Positions 19,659 to 31,703 of a DNA stretch of 64,000 nucleotides are shown here, one piece after another. Made by a program: the position numbers and the translations under genes. Position 1 is the first letter of the stretch. Each line of letters opens with the position of its first letter. The stretch lies in assembly GCF_058153355.1 (NCBI RefSeq), contig NZ_CM177019.1. One strand, written 5' to 3'. The notes beneath the pieces were generated by a model. That model made no database searches and was not told the DNA's origin. It was given only the letters and a program-made list of their open reading frames with translations.

Positions 19659-19674
19659 GTATCCCGCCGCAAGC

Positions 19675-19725
19675 CTTGCCGGATGCGGCGTGCTTGCCTT
19701 ATACAACCTACAAAACCTGCAAGTT
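19675..19725. repeat. REP-like palindromic unit (3' flank of intron)
   Basis: gccggatgcggcgtg...ccttata, resembling the E. coli REP consensus. Confidence 0.4.
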
Positions 19726-19773
19726 AGCCCTGTCGGGTAGCAGCGATTCATTACTGTCTCGCCGCCCCCTAAG

Positions 19774-19807
19774 AACGGTACGTGCGAGTTTCCCCGCATA
19801 CCGCTCA
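19774..19807 (-). other. Group II intron domain V (catalytic hairpin)
   Basis: Minus-strand GAGCGGTATGCGGGGAAACTCGCACGTACCGTTC matches the domain V consensus including the AGC triad and GAAA loop. Confidence 0.7.
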
Positions 19808-19812
19808 AGCCT

Positions 19813-21492
19813 TTATAAGCCTCCACCTTGTGGGAGACCAGCGTCATTACTATGTAGTTGTCGATGGCAGTTGGGATGGAGTAGGACTAAATTGCTCACA
19901 TCATCGCTACCGCCAAGAGATTTCTTGAGCAAATGATGAACATTCCATCCTGTATCGCGATTAATCGGTTGCTCACATAAAGGGCAGCGCGATCCTTGCC
20001 TTTTCCATATAGCGAGAATCCTTTTCTGCCCCTGTTGGGATTTCTTCCATGAGTAGTCCAGCCTTCTTTCGAAGTATGTTTCCCACTCGGGATCATATGG
20101 ATTTGCCGTTCCCTTTATTTTTATATAGCGATTAATATGGATGTCGCTGGCCCGGGACAGAACATATTTCCTACCCTCCGGATCGACTCCATAAAATCGA
20201 CCATGACACATTTTTATTGTCGTGTGGTACTTTCGGAAGATCCATCTCCGGCCTTTGCCGGGATGTCTCCTTCTGCACCACTGCCAGATTTTGCGCCAGA
20301 TTTGGTTGTCGACATAGTTAAATGTCTCTGCCGATGCTACATGTTGGTGATAGTTTGCCCACCCGGTGATGATTGGATTAAGCAGATTTATTAGCACCCA
20401 TGCAGGAACCGTTCGGTTACCTTCAATAGTCTCTCTGATCTTGCTAAGAAATTGTTTAACGTTTTTCTTGGCTGGTCTGATTATGAGTTTTCTACCGAAG
20501 CGTCGGACGTGCTGCCCAAGGAAATCAAATCCGTCAGTAATGTGAGTGATGACCGTTTTCTCTTCGGATAACGTCAGCCCTCTTTCTGCAAGAAATGATT
20601 TCACCAACGGAAGAACATTCTCCTCCAGAAGTTCTTTCGACTTTCCGGAAATGATGAAATCATCAGCATACCGGACGAAGTGAACCTGATGTTTCCTGAA
20701 TGTTTTTGAGCGTTTCGGACCAAAGCGATTTTGCAGCAGTCTTTCCAGTCCATCCAGGGCCATGTTTGCCAGAACTGGAGATATGATTCCTCCCTGGGGT
20801 GTACCCGAGAGAGTTTTGCTGAATATGCTTTTTTCGATGATCCCGGCTTTCAACCAATTACGGAGTATTTGCTTGTCCATAGGAATATTTTCAAGCAGCC
20901 ACTCGTGGCTAATGTGTTCAAAGCATCCTTTAATATCGCCTTCCAGAACCCATTTCGAGGCGTTCCGGGAACTATACATATTACATACCTGTTGAATGGC
21001 GTCAGCCGTACATCGCGCTGGTCTGAAACCATAACTGTTGTGATCTGCATTAGTTTCCGATACAGGCTCCAATCCCAGCAGATGCAGGGCCTGCATTGCC
21101 CTGTCAAGCATGACGGGGATTCCTAATGGTCTTTTCTTGCCATTAGATTTGGGTATAAAAACTCTTTTTAGCGGTAGGGGCTTGTACCCTTTTCGCCTGA
21201 GTTTGAATATCGCTTCCCATTTTGATTCTGGAGTACTCCAGATTTGACCATCAACTCCGGGGGTTTTACGCCCGCTATTTTCCGTAACTCGTTTCACCGC
21301 CAGTGCTCTGGCGCTGAATGAGCGAACCAGCAATCGTTGCAATCTACCGACTGTACGCCATTGCTGGTTACATGCCGCCTTTGCGATTCTTGTCTGTATG
21401 GTTTTAACGTGTTGATGGCATTTCTTCCAGTTAATGGAATGCCAACCTTTTCCGTTGATGACCGCAGTTACATTGTTAGATGTAATTTTCAT
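19813..21492 (-). CDS. Group II intron-encoded reverse transcriptase/maturase with C-terminal HNH endonuclease
   Basis: YADD motif (RYADDFIISG), RT motifs, HNH (HHLLKKSLGGSDDVSNLVLLHPNCHRQLH); likely start at MKITSNN (ORF track starts 21 codons upstream at 21555). Confidence 0.85.
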   Translation of the reverse strand: MKITSNNVTAVINGKGWHSINWKKCHQHVKTIQTRIAKAACNQQWRTVGRLQRLLVRSFSARALAVKRVTENSGRKTPGVDGQIWSTPESKWEAIFKLRRKGYKPLPLKRVFIPKSNGKKRPLGIPVMLDRAMQALHLLGLEPVSETNADHNSYGFRPARCTADAIQQVCNMYSSRNASKWVLEGDIKGCFEHISHEWLLENIPMDKQILRNWLKAGIIEKSIFSKTLSGTPQGGIISPVLANMALDGLERLLQNRFGPKRSKTFRKHQVHFVRYADDFIISGKSKELLEENVLPLVKSFLAERGLTLSEEKTVITHITDGFDFLGQHVRRFGRKLIIRPAKKNVKQFLSKIRETIEGNRTVPAWVLINLLNPIITGWANYHQHVASAETFNYVDNQIWRKIWQWCRRRHPGKGRRWIFRKYHTTIKMCHGRFYGVDPEGRKYVLSRASDIHINRYIKIKGTANPYDPEWETYFERRLDYSWKKSQQGQKRILAIWKRQGSRCPLCEQPINRDTGWNVHHLLKKSLGGSDDVSNLVLLHPNCHRQLHSNDAGLPQGGGL

Positions 21493-22094
21493 ACATGTCA
21501 TCCAAAGAAACCTTCGCAGATGTTTCGCAATTAAAGACCAGATGGAAGTCAGCACGGTTTCCCGTTAAGGCAAATATTGAACCTCTATCCGCACGATTAC
21601 AGTCCGGCTTTCGCTTTTTCCATCCTCCTTTACCCGCATTCTCATCAGTTTGCCTTACGGTGCCCCTGCCACTAGGGCGAGAATTCGGGCTTACCAAGTT
21701 CCGACCAACATACAAAGAACGGGTTAGGTTCTGTCTATCCGCCGGGGGAGTTATTGTCCATGTATTCCCACTACGAACAGGAATAGCCTTACCCCTTACC
21801 TTTTGGTGCAAGCCTATCAGCATCTTTGGCTCGTTCTCTGTTACGACGTTTAACGACAGTTCACTATGTTAACCATACCGCCCAGCCTAGCGCTCTCGCC
21901 GCATGATGCTTGTAGCGATCAGGTTTTCTCACGATTAACTGAAGCAATATTTGCTAAGCTACATTGTCCCAAGGGCTTCAGACAGAGCCGTTACCAGCTT
22001 TGCCTGCCTCAGTAGGCTACAACTAATGGAATAGTTGGTTTTATATAAATAATTTATCAAAACAATATGTTGGACGACTTCTTGTCGCACTCGT

Positions 22095-22200
22095 AGGCCA
22101 GATAAGACGCGCCCGCGTCGCATCTGGCATCTGCACCCAAATACCGTGTCGGATGCGGCATGAACGCCTTATCCGACCTATAAAACCTGCACGTTAGTTT
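22095..22200. repeat. REP/BIME cluster (5' flank of intron): two REP-like units
   Basis: gccagataagacgcgcccgcgtcgcatctggc and gtcggatgcggcatgaacgccttatccgacctat. Confidence 0.45.
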
Positions 22201-22248
22201 CCTGATGGACATTTTTCCAGCAATTACACCTCCGTCGATAATTAACTA

Positions 22249-22276
22249 TTGACGAAAAGCTGAAAACCACTAGAAT
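22249..22276 (+). promoter_or_regulatory. leuQPV promoter (sigma-70; GC-rich discriminator)
   Basis: TTGACG, 16 nt spacer, TAGAAT, then gcgcctcc upstream of the first tRNA. Confidence 0.55.
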
Positions 22277-22317
22277 GCGCCTCCGTGGTAGCAATTCTTT
22301 TTAAGAATTGATGGTAT

Positions 22318-22404
22318 GCGAAGGTGGCGGAATTGGTAGACGCGCTAGCTTCAGGTGTTAGTGTCCTTACGGACGTGGGGGTTCAAGTCCCCCCCCTCGC
22401 ACCA
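22318..22404 (+). tRNA. leuQ: tRNA-Leu (anticodon CAG), copy 1
   Basis: 87-nt sequence gcgaaggtggcggaattggtagacgcg...cttCAGgtg...ggttcaagtccccccctcgcacca with encoded CCA. Confidence 0.9.
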
Positions 22405-22432
22405 AAAACCACGTTGATATTGCTCGCACTGG

Positions 22433-22519
22433 GCGAAGGTGGCGGAATTGGTAGACGCGCTAGCTTCAGGTGTTAGTGTTCTTACGGACGTGGGGGTTCA
22501 AGTCCCCCCCCTCGCACCA
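22433..22519 (+). tRNA. leuP: tRNA-Leu (anticodon CAG), copy 2; one substitution in the variable arm relative to copies 1 and 3
   Basis: Same sequence except gtgttcttacgg instead of gtgtccttacgg. Confidence 0.9.
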
Positions 22520-22552
22520 AACGAGGCGATATCAAAAAAGTAAGATGACTGT

Positions 22553-22639
22553 GCGAAGGTGGCGGAATTGGTAGACGCGCTAGCTTCAGGTGTTAGTGTC
22601 CTTACGGACGTGGGGGTTCAAGTCCCCCCCCTCGCACCA
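22553..22639 (+). tRNA. leuV: tRNA-Leu (anticodon CAG), copy 3
   Basis: Identical to copy 1. Confidence 0.9.
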
Positions 22640-22677
22640 ATTATCTTTACTTCCTTTCTTGTTTCTTCCCTGTTTTG

Positions 22678-22914
22678 TCATCCCTGATTCAAATTCATTA
22701 TCATCAGCATGATGCCAGCAATAAGCGCCAGGCATGATGGTAGCAAAATGTAATGCCGTAACTGTTTGTGATACAACATCACTGGCGTCATCACCAATCC
22801 CATCAGAATGACAATCCGCCACTGATCCGGCGATAAATCCGCATACATCAGCCCTGCAATCAGCAATCCCGGCAGCAACACTCCCCAACCACTGCCCAGC
22901 ATACGTTGCAACAT
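22678..22914 (-). CDS. yjjZ: Small inner-membrane protein YjjZ (78 aa from internal Met)
   Basis: Hydrophobic ORF divergent from fhuF; K-12 synteny. Confidence 0.6.
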   Translation of the reverse strand: MLQRMLGSGWGVLLPGLLIAGLMYADLSPDQWRIVILMGLVMTPVMLYHKQLRHYILLPSCLALIAGIMLMIMNLNQG

Positions 22915-22930
22915 GGTTTCATCTCTTTTA

Positions 22931-23039
22931 TTGATAATGATAACTAATATCATATGATAATTTTTATCATTTGCAAGCCAGAGAAATCCCTTGCTATCGG
23001 GTAAACCTATCGTTAGGATTAGCAATCATTATCATTTAG
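22931..23039. promoter_or_regulatory. Fur-box-containing divergent promoter region (yjjZ / fhuF)
   Basis: gataatgataactaatatcat and gcaatcattatcattt resemble the GATAATGATAATCATTATC consensus. Confidence 0.6.
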
Positions 23040-23054
23040 ATTACTATCACGATT

Positions 23055-23843
23055 ATGGCCTATCGTTCCGCACCGCTCTATGAAGATGTTATCTGGCGAA
23101 CGCATCTCCAGCCGCAGGATCCTGGACTTGCAGAAGCAGTACGGTCGACGATCGCAGAAAATCGTGAACATTTGCTGGAGTTTATCCGCCTGGATGAACC
23201 CGCCCCATTTAGTGCCCTGACGCTGGCGCAATGGTCATCACCGAATGCGTTAAGTTCTCTGTTAGCTGTTTATTCCGATCATATCTACCGCAATCAACCA
23301 ACGATGATCCGCGAGAATAAGCCGCTGATCTCCCTGTGGGCGCAATGGTACATCGGCCTGATGGTGCCGCCATTAATGCTGGCCCTGTTAACGCAGGAAA
23401 AAGCATTAGATGTGTCGCCGGAACATTTCCACGTTGAGTTTCACGAAACCGGACGCGCCGCCTGTTTCTGGGTCGATGTGTATGAAGATAAAAACGCAAC
23501 ACCACATTCACCGCAGCAGCGAATGGAAACGTTAATTAGCAAGGCGCTTGTTCCGGTTGTGCAAGCATTAGAAGCGACTGGAGAAATTAACGGTAAACTT
23601 ATCTGGAGTAATACCGGTTATTTGATCAACTGGTATCTGACTGAGATGAAACAGTTGCTCGGCGAGGCGACAGTTGAATCGCTGCGCCATGCCCTCTTTT
23701 TTGAGAAAACGCTCACTACCGGTGAAGATAATCCACTCTGGCGTACCGTGGTGCTGCGCGACGGCCTGCTGGTGCGCCGCACTTGCTGCCAGCGTTATCG
23801 CTTGCCGGATGTGCAGCAATGTGGTGACTGTACGCTGAAATAG
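23055..23843 (+). CDS. fhuF: Ferric-siderophore reductase FhuF (2Fe-2S, C-terminal Cys cluster)
   Basis: 262-aa ORF ending CCQRYRLPDVQQCGDCTLK. Confidence 0.85.
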   Translation: MAYRSAPLYEDVIWRTHLQPQDPGLAEAVRSTIAENREHLLEFIRLDEPAPFSALTLAQWSSPNALSSLLAVYSDHIYRNQPTMIRENKPLISLWAQWYIGLMVPPLMLALLTQEKALDVSPEHFHVEFHETGRAACFWVDVYEDKNATPHSPQQRMETLISKALVPVVQALEATGEINGKLIWSNTGYLINWYLTEMKQLLGEATVESLRHALFFEKTLTTGEDNPLWRTVVLRDGLLVRRTCCQRYRLPDVQQCGDCTLK

Positions 23844-23881
23844 AAAAATTTGCCGGGGAAGTAAACCCGGCATTAAGCGTA

Positions 23882-24559
23882 TTAATAGGGGTGCAACACG
23901 TTACTTGCTTCGCAATGACGCATACATAACAGAATGTCTGCGGCCTCCAACAACCCTGCATCAGAACTGACGCCCAGTTTCGACATTACATTAAATTTAT
24001 GCGCGCGGATCGTTTTGATATTGCGTTTAAGCTGCTCGGCAATTTGTGTCATTGAGTAGCCACGCGACATAAAGCGCAATATTTCTCTCTCCGTCGGGCT
24101 TAGCGTCCGGCTTTGGTTAATGTACCACTGATTGTTCAATCGGTCGGTCGCCTGACGCACACCATTTAATGACAAAAAGAGTTCCTGATGAAAAATCTCC
24201 AGCGTCGACGCTTTACTTAATACACCGTCCAGCGGTGATGGCGACAATGAACCAATCAGCCGAGCTTCAATATCATCATCCGCAATAACTAAACGGCGAG
24301 TACGCGGAAACTTAATCGCCAGTTCAGTCAGGCAAGATAATCCCTCTCTGCGTTTACTTCTCATGGCAGAAAAAGAAAAAATGACCGCCGCAAATGAGAT
24401 CCGCGACATGGCATCCTGAAATGACTCCTGACTGGTATAGATATGGAGCTTATAAGGGTTACCTGCAAACCTTCTGAATAAACTCTCAATACCGATACTG
24501 CTCATGACGCATTTTTCTATGAGTGCGACATTTCTCTTCTTAATTCGGCTGTGTTCCAT
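23882..24559 (-). CDS. bglJ: LuxR-family transcriptional regulator BglJ
   Basis: 225-aa ORF with C-terminal LuxR HTH; overlaps the yjjQ end. Confidence 0.8.
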   Translation of the reverse strand: MEHSRIKKRNVALIEKCVMSSIGIESLFRRFAGNPYKLHIYTSQESFQDAMSRISFAAVIFSFSAMRSKRREGLSCLTELAIKFPRTRRLVIADDDIEARLIGSLSPSPLDGVLSKASTLEIFHQELFLSLNGVRQATDRLNNQWYINQSRTLSPTEREILRFMSRGYSMTQIAEQLKRNIKTIRAHKFNVMSKLGVSSDAGLLEAADILLCMRHCEASNVLHPY

Positions 24560-25242
24560 TCTGCGGCATCTCCATAAACAGAAGGCAAGTTAAGTTCTCT
24601 TGCACCCTGCGCGCTATTTATCCATGCATACATTTCAGCGTTGCTGTGAATTGCCAGTCGACGCATCGCACTGTTTTTTTGGGCGCTGATAGTTTTATTA
24701 CTTTTCTTAAGCAATGAAGCTATCTGGTTGATGCCCCATCCTTTACCTAATAGCCGCAGCACTTTGCGCTCTGAAAGAGTGAGAATGACGGAGCGATAGC
24801 TAAAATCATGCGTTTCAGTCATTGCCGGAGAGGTCAGCATGGCGCTGATACGCTCTGCGTGCGTATTGCCAGAACGCACGGTCTTAACCAGATTCTCAAT
24901 GGGTTCAACATCAGACAATAATGTCGCCGTAGGGCACATGAGAAGTTCTACCGCCTGGGAATACCAGGAGCGTGACACCATGAAAACCCAGTGAATTTCC
25001 CGATATTGTGAGATTAAAGAATAATAATGTTCACAAACAAAACGTGGATCTTCACTTTCACCGGCTAAATCAGCAATGACTAATCCGGAACGACGTAATT
25101 GTAATAAAGTAAGGTCCTCCGCAGAGGCGCTGGATATTATTTTATATTCAGGGAAGTGAGTCCTCATGACCTCTTTTAACCCTGCTTGCATAACAGGTAT
25201 TTTACTGATAACAATTCCATTTTTGCAGCATCCTGGCAACAT
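24517..25242 (-). CDS. yjjQ: LuxR-family transcriptional regulator YjjQ
   Basis: 241-aa ORF; AT-rich upstream region. Confidence 0.8.
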   Translation of the reverse strand: MLPGCCKNGIVISKIPVMQAGLKEVMRTHFPEYKIISSASAEDLTLLQLRRSGLVIADLAGESEDPRFVCEHYYSLISQYREIHWVFMVSRSWYSQAVELLMCPTATLLSDVEPIENLVKTVRSGNTHAERISAMLTSPAMTETHDFSYRSVILTLSERKVLRLLGKGWGINQIASLLKKSNKTISAQKNSAMRRLAIHSNAEMYAWINSAQGARELNLPSVYGDAAEWNTAELRREMSHS

Positions 25243-25860
25243 ATTTCCTCCACATCCACTGTCTAAAAATCATGATGGTCTATTCAGGATATTCATTCCT
25301 TAAATGTTTCCAGCAAATTAATAGATTAAGCGAATAAATTATCCTTTGCATTCACTTTCATATCAGCATACTCCTGCTGCACAATAACTCCACTGCATGT
25401 GTCAGAAGGTTAGCATCAAATGATAACCTGGTGAAATAGCCTGGAGACATTTAAAATATCTACATTAAGTTGTTAGAAATACTTAATGAAAAACAGAATC
25501 TTCATTCATTTAATTTATAATTAACTGATATCCCTTCCCGCAGGATGCAAAATCACACAATCAATATTTATTCAATAAAATCTGATAGTTTTAACTTGTT
25601 AAAATTAAAAAACGCGCCCAGTTATCTTTTATCCTGATTCGTAAGGGCTAAACAATAAATTCATTATAGTGATAATATTCATGCGATAATTTGTTTGCGG
25701 CGAGAGATAATTCGCTTTTTAACACCGAGCTTCTCCCGATAACCAGGATTAATCAGCGCAATTTTGATCTTAACCTGCCGCAAAACAACCGCGCTTCATG
25801 ATACAAATGGATTCTCATTATCTGAACAATACGCAGCACGTCTATGACAAAGGGCGAATT

Positions 25861-27095
<1,235 letters not shown>

Positions 27096-27202
27096 AATTG
27101 CCTCACTTAAAGCACGCGGATGAGAGACAGCCTCCTCTCCTCCGTGTGTTACTATAAAAGTTATCTCCCTTCTCGTTCATCGTTCCATATTTGAGAAACA
27201 GT

Positions 27203-27742
27203 ATGTCTTCCAGAGTTTTGACCCCGGACGTCGTTGGTATTGACGCCCTGGTACACGATCACCAAACCGTTCTGGCAAAAGCTGAAGGCGGTGTGGTTGC
27301 CGTATTTGCTAACAATGCCCCGGCGTTTTATGCCGTCACGCCTGCGCGCCTGGCTGAACTGCTGGCGCTGGAAGAAAAGCTGGCGCGTCCAGGAAGCGAT
27401 GTCGCTCTGGACGATCAACTCTATCAGGAACCGCAAGCCGCTCCCGTTGCTGTACCCATGGGGAAATTCGCCATGTATCCGGACTGGCAACCCGATGCCG
27501 ACTTTATCCGCCTGGCGGCGCTATGGGGCGTGGCGCTAAAAGAGCCGGTGACCACCGAAGAACTGGCCTCATTCATTGCCTACTGGCAGGCGGAAGGTAA
27601 AGTCTTTCACCATGTACAGTGGCAACAAAAACTGGCGCGCAGCCTGCAAATCGGCCGTGCCAGCAACGGCGGACTGCCGAAACGAGATGTGAATACGGTC
27701 AGCGAACCTGACAGCCAAATTCCACCAGGATTCAGAGGGTAA
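27203..27742 (+). CDS. dnaT: Primosomal protein DnaT
   Basis: 179 aa from [10 protein letters not shown]; C-terminus ...[13 protein letters not shown]. Confidence 0.85.
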   Translation: MSSRVLTPDVVGIDALVHDHQTVLAKAEGGVVAVFANNAPAFYAVTPARLAELLALEEKLARPGSDVALDDQLYQEPQAAPVAVPMGKFAMYPDWQPDADFIRLAALWGVALKEPVTTEELASFIAYWQAEGKVFHHVQWQQKLARSLQIGRASNGGLPKRDVNTVSEPDSQIPPGFRG

Positions 27743-27744
27743 CG

Positions 27745-28482
27745 ATGAAAAACGTTGGCGACCTGATGCAACGCCTGCAAAAAATGATGCCTGCCCATAT
27801 CAAACCCGCATTCAAAACGGGCGAAGAACTGCTGGCCTGGCAGAAAGAACAAGGGGCAATCCGCTCCGCCGCTCTCGAACGTGAAAACCGGGCGATGAAA
27901 ATGCAGCGCACCTTTAACCGCTCCGGTATTCGTCCACTGCATCAGAACTGCTCCTTTGAGAACTATCGCGTTGAGTGTGAAGGGCAGATGAATGCGTTAA
28001 GCAAAGCGCGCCAGTATGTCGAAGAGTTTGACGGCAACATCGCCAGCTTCATCTTTTCTGGCAAGCCAGGAACCGGCAAAAACCATCTGGCGGCGGCAAT
28101 CTGCAACGAGCTACTGCTACGCGGTAAATCCGTATTGATCATCACCGTGGCCGATATTATGTCGGCGATGAAAGATACCTTCAGGAATAGCGGTACCAGC
28201 GAAGAACAACTGCTTAACGATCTGAGCAACGTTGATCTGCTGGTGATCGATGAGATCGGTGTGCAGACCGAATCGAAATACGAAAAAGTGATCATCAACC
28301 AGATCGTCGATCGCCGCTCTTCTTCCAAACGCCCAACCGGAATGCTGACCAACAGTAATATGGAAGAGATGACCAAGTTGCTGGGCGAACGCGTGATGGA
28401 TCGTATGCGCCTGGGTAACAGTTTGTGGGTGATCTTCAACTGGGATAGCTACCGTAGCCGGGTAACGGGTAAAGAGTATTAA
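27745..28482 (+). CDS. dnaC: Helicase loader DnaC
   Basis: 245-aa ORF, Walker A GKPGTGKNHL. Confidence 0.9.
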   Translation: MKNVGDLMQRLQKMMPAHIKPAFKTGEELLAWQKEQGAIRSAALERENRAMKMQRTFNRSGIRPLHQNCSFENYRVECEGQMNALSKARQYVEEFDGNIASFIFSGKPGTGKNHLAAAICNELLLRGKSVLIITVADIMSAMKDTFRNSGTSEEQLLNDLSNVDLLVIDEIGVQTESKYEKVIINQIVDRRSSSKRPTGMLTNSNMEEMTKLLGERVMDRMRLGNSLWVIFNWDSYRSRVTGKEY

Positions 28483-28520
28483 TCCCCGTTTCTGGCGGTA
28501 TACTGCGACACAATTCCACA

Positions 28521-29024
28521 TTGAGTAATAATGATAAAACTGTTAAACACCTTCTGTGCTGTGCCCTTGCCGCCAGCGCATTAATTTCCACCGGGGTGCA
28601 TGCTGCATCCTGGAAAGATGCGCTCTCCAGCGCCGCCAGCGAACTTGGCAACCAAAACAGCACGACACAAGAAGGCGGTTGGTCGCTCGCTTCATTAACT
28701 AGCTTGCTTAGCAGCGGGAACCAGGCCTTAAGCGCAGATAACATGAACAATGCCGCAGGCATACTGCAATACTGCGCCAAGCAAAAGCTAGCTTCGGTAA
28801 CCGATGCCGAAAACATCAAGAACCAGGTGCTGGAAAAGCTGGGCCTGAACAGTGAAGAGCAAAAAGAAGACACCAACTATCTGGATGGCATTCAGGGTTT
28901 GCTGAAAACCAAAGATGGTCAGCAACTCAATCTGGATAACATCGGAACGACTCCGCTGGCAGAAAAGGTGAAAACCAAAGCCTGCGATCTGGTGTTAAAG
29001 CAGGGGCTAAACTTCATTTCCTGA
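28521..29024 (+). CDS. yjjA: Periplasmic protein YjjA (signal peptide)
   Basis: 167-aa ORF with N-terminal signal-like sequence; synteny. Confidence 0.7.
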   Translation: MSNNDKTVKHLLCCALAASALISTGVHAASWKDALSSAASELGNQNSTTQEGGWSLASLTSLLSSGNQALSADNMNNAAGILQYCAKQKLASVTDAENIKNQVLEKLGLNSEEQKEDTNYLDGIQGLLKTKDGQQLNLDNIGTTPLAEKVKTKACDLVLKQGLNFIS

Positions 29025-29277
29025 TCCGCGAAACGCCGCGTTTTAGCTGTTACCCGGCTGACGCGGCTCTCTCCTGCCCTTTTCCCTGCTCCTGGACGGT
29101 TTTCCCCCTGTTACACGGGAAGCGACCGTAATCAAAAAAGTCTGTTTATAAACTAATTCCTAACAACATCGCATTTTTTTGACACTAGAATTGCAGCAAT
29201 ATGGCGACGCCATTACATTGTGCTTCTCAAAAAGCTTAAACGTTGGCTAAACGGCCCGGTTTAGTGAGGATCGCCCG

Positions 29278-31569
29278 TTGTCAGAACTACTCTCTTTCGC
29301 CCTTTTTCTCGCCTCTGTGCTGATTTACGCATGGAAAGCGGGACGTAACACCTGGTGGTTTGCAGCCACGTTAACGGTGCTGGGGCTATTTGTCGTTTTA
29401 AATATCACCCTGTTTGCCAGCGACTATTTTACTGGTGATGGTATTAACGACGCGGTTCTCTATACCTTAACCAACAGCCTGACCGGTGCTGGCGTCAGCA
29501 AATACATCCTGCCGGGTATCGGCATTGTGCTGGGGCTGACGGCGGTGTTCGGTGCGCTGGGCTGGATCCTGCGCCGTCGTCGTCATCATCCGCACCATTT
29601 TGGTTACAGCCTGCTGGCGCTCTTACTGGCGCTGGGTTCGGTGGACGCCAGCCCGGCATTTCGTCAGATAACAGAACTGGTGAAATCCCAGTCACGCGAC
29701 GGCGACCCGGACTTCGCGGCTTATTATAAAGAGCCGTCGAAAACTATCCCTGACCCGAAACTCAACCTGGTTTATATCTACGGCGAAAGCCTCGAGCGGA
29801 CCTATTTTGATAACGAGGCTTTCCCGGATCTCACACCTGAACTGGGCGCGTTGAAAAATGAAGGACTGGATTTCAGCCATACGCAGCAGCTGCCGGGAAC
29901 GGATTACACGATTGCTGGCATGGTGGCTTCTCAGTGCGGCATTCCGCTGTTTGCTCCCTTTGAAGGCAACGCCTCCGCTTCTGTTTCCAGCTTCTTCCCA
30001 CAGAACATCTGTCTGGGCGATATCCTGAAAAACTCGGGTTATCAGAACTATTTCGTGCAGGGCGCGAATCTGCGTTTTGCCGGTAAAGATGTGTTCCTGA
30101 AGTCGCACGGCTTCGACCATTTATATGGCTCAGAAGAGCTGAAAAGCGTGGTGGCAGACCCACACTATCGCAACGACTGGGGATTCTACGACGATACCGT
30201 GCTGGATGAAGCGTGGAAAAAGTTTGAAGAGCTTTCCCGCTCTGGCCAGCGATTCTCACTGTTTACCCTGACGGTCGATACCCATCACCCGGATGGTTTT
30301 ATCTCGCGCACCTGTAACCGCAAAAAATATGATTTTGACGGTAAGCCAAATCAGTCATTCAGTGCGGTAAGTTGCAGCCAGGAGAACATCGCAACGTTTA
30401 TCAACAAAATCAAAGCGTCACCGTGGTTTAAAGATACCGTTATCGTCGTCTCGTCTGACCATTTAGCGATGAACAACACGGCGTGGAAATACCTCAATAA
30501 GCAAGATCGCAATAATCTGTTTTTCGTCATTCGTGGCGACAAGCCGCAGCAAGAAACGCTGGCGGTGAAGCGTAATACGATGGATAACGGCGCGACGGTG
30601 CTGGACATTCTCGGTGGCGATAACTATCTCGGACTTGGTCGTAGCAGTTTATCCGGGCAGTCAATGTCGGAAATCTTCCTCAATATCAAAGAGAAAACGT
30701 TGGCGTGGAAGCCGGATATCATCCGCCTGTGGAAATTCCCTAAAGAGATGAAAGAGTTCACCATCGACCAGCAGAAAAACATGATTGCCTTCTCAGGTAG
30801 CCATTTCCGTTTGCCGCTGCTGTTGCGGGTTTCAGACAAACGCGTGGAACCGCTGCCGGAAAGTGAATACTCAGCACCGCTGCGTTTCCAGTTGGCCGAT
30901 TTTGCTCCACGCGACAATTTCGTCTGGGTTGACCGTTGCTATAAGATGGCACAACTCTGGGCTCCGGAACTGGCACTTTCCACCGACTGGTGTGTCTCGC
31001 AAGGGCAGCTTGGCGGTCAGCAAATTGTCCAGCATGTTGATAAAACAACATGGAAGGGCAAAACGGCATTTAAAGATACGGTCATCGACATGGCGCGTTA
31101 CAAAGGCAATGTCGATACGCTGAAGATTATTGATAACGATATTCGCTACAAAGCCGACAGTTTCATCTTTAACGTCGCCGGTGCGCCAGAAGAGGTGAAA
31201 CAGTTTAGCGGGATTTCTCGTCCGGAGTCGTGGGGCCGCTGGTCCAACGCACAGCTGGGCGACGAAGTAAAAATCGAGTACAAGCATCCGCTGCCGAAGA
31301 AATTTGACCTGGTGATTACCGCCAAAGCATACGGCAATAACGCCAGCCGTCCTATTCCGGTACGCGTAGGCAATGAAGAACAAACCCTTGTGCTGGGCAA
31401 TGAAGTAACCACCACCACGCTGCATTTCGATAACCCAACCGATGCCAACACGCTGGTGATTGTGCCACCTGAACCCGTCTCAACCAACGAAGGGAATATC
31501 CTCGGACACTCGCCGCGTAAGCTTGGTATCGGCATGGTGGAAATTAAAGTGGTGGAACGTGAAGGGTAA
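29278..31569 (+). CDS. opgB: Phosphoglycerol transferase I (OPG biosynthesis), TTG start
   Basis: 763-aa ORF, N-terminal TM segments plus sulfatase-like domain; synteny. Confidence 0.85.
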   Translation: MSELLSFALFLASVLIYAWKAGRNTWWFAATLTVLGLFVVLNITLFASDYFTGDGINDAVLYTLTNSLTGAGVSKYILPGIGIVLGLTAVFGALGWILRRRRHHPHHFGYSLLALLLALGSVDASPAFRQITELVKSQSRDGDPDFAAYYKEPSKTIPDPKLNLVYIYGESLERTYFDNEAFPDLTPELGALKNEGLDFSHTQQLPGTDYTIAGMVASQCGIPLFAPFEGNASASVSSFFPQNICLGDILKNSGYQNYFVQGANLRFAGKDVFLKSHGFDHLYGSEELKSVVADPHYRNDWGFYDDTVLDEAWKKFEELSRSGQRFSLFTLTVDTHHPDGFISRTCNRKKYDFDGKPNQSFSAVSCSQENIATFINKIKASPWFKDTVIVVSSDHLAMNNTAWKYLNKQDRNNLFFVIRGDKPQQETLAVKRNTMDNGATVLDILGGDNYLGLGRSSLSGQSMSEIFLNIKEKTLAWKPDIIRLWKFPKEMKEFTIDQQKNMIAFSGSHFRLPLLLRVSDKRVEPLPESEYSAPLRFQLADFAPRDNFVWVDRCYKMAQLWAPELALSTDWCVSQGQLGGQQIVQHVDKTTWKGKTAFKDTVIDMARYKGNVDTLKIIDNDIRYKADSFIFNVAGAPEEVKQFSGISRPESWGRWSNAQLGDEVKIEYKHPLPKKFDLVITAKAYGNNASRPIPVRVGNEEQTLVLGNEVTTTTLHFDNPTDANTLVIVPPEPVSTNEGNILGHSPRKLGIGMVEIKVVEREG

Positions 31570-31703
31570 TTCCTGACTGATTTGTAGGTCGCATAAGGTG
31601 CGACCTACACACCTTCTCCGGCTCACAACACATTATTAAGAAACAAAAAAAACAGCGCCCAACACTTCCCCGGACGCTGCATGGCAACTTTAATAATCTC
31701 GCC

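Larger units (their letters stand above)
19733..22090 (-). mobile_element. Group II intron (~2.36 kb) with intron-encoded protein; boundaries approximate
   Basis: 5' end GTGCGAC on minus strand at ~22090; domain V at 19774-19807; domain VI-like hairpin with bulged A; ORF with RT, maturase and HNH regions in domain IV position. Confidence 0.75.

Noticed and set aside
19813-21555. Reverse transcriptase as part of a retron, DGR or other defence-associated RT system
   Set aside because: The ORF carries maturase and HNH regions and is followed by a canonical group II intron domain V and domain VI hairpin; the 5' end reads GTGCG; no msr/msd-like or DGR template repeats are nearby
22318-22639. Three near-identical ~87-bp direct repeats as a possible repeat array
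   Set aside because: Each unit folds as a tRNA-Leu(CAG) with encoded CCA; this is the tandem tRNA operon
29495-31535. Several 60-180-aa ORFs on the minus strand
   Set aside because: All are antisense within opgB and lack start-context signals
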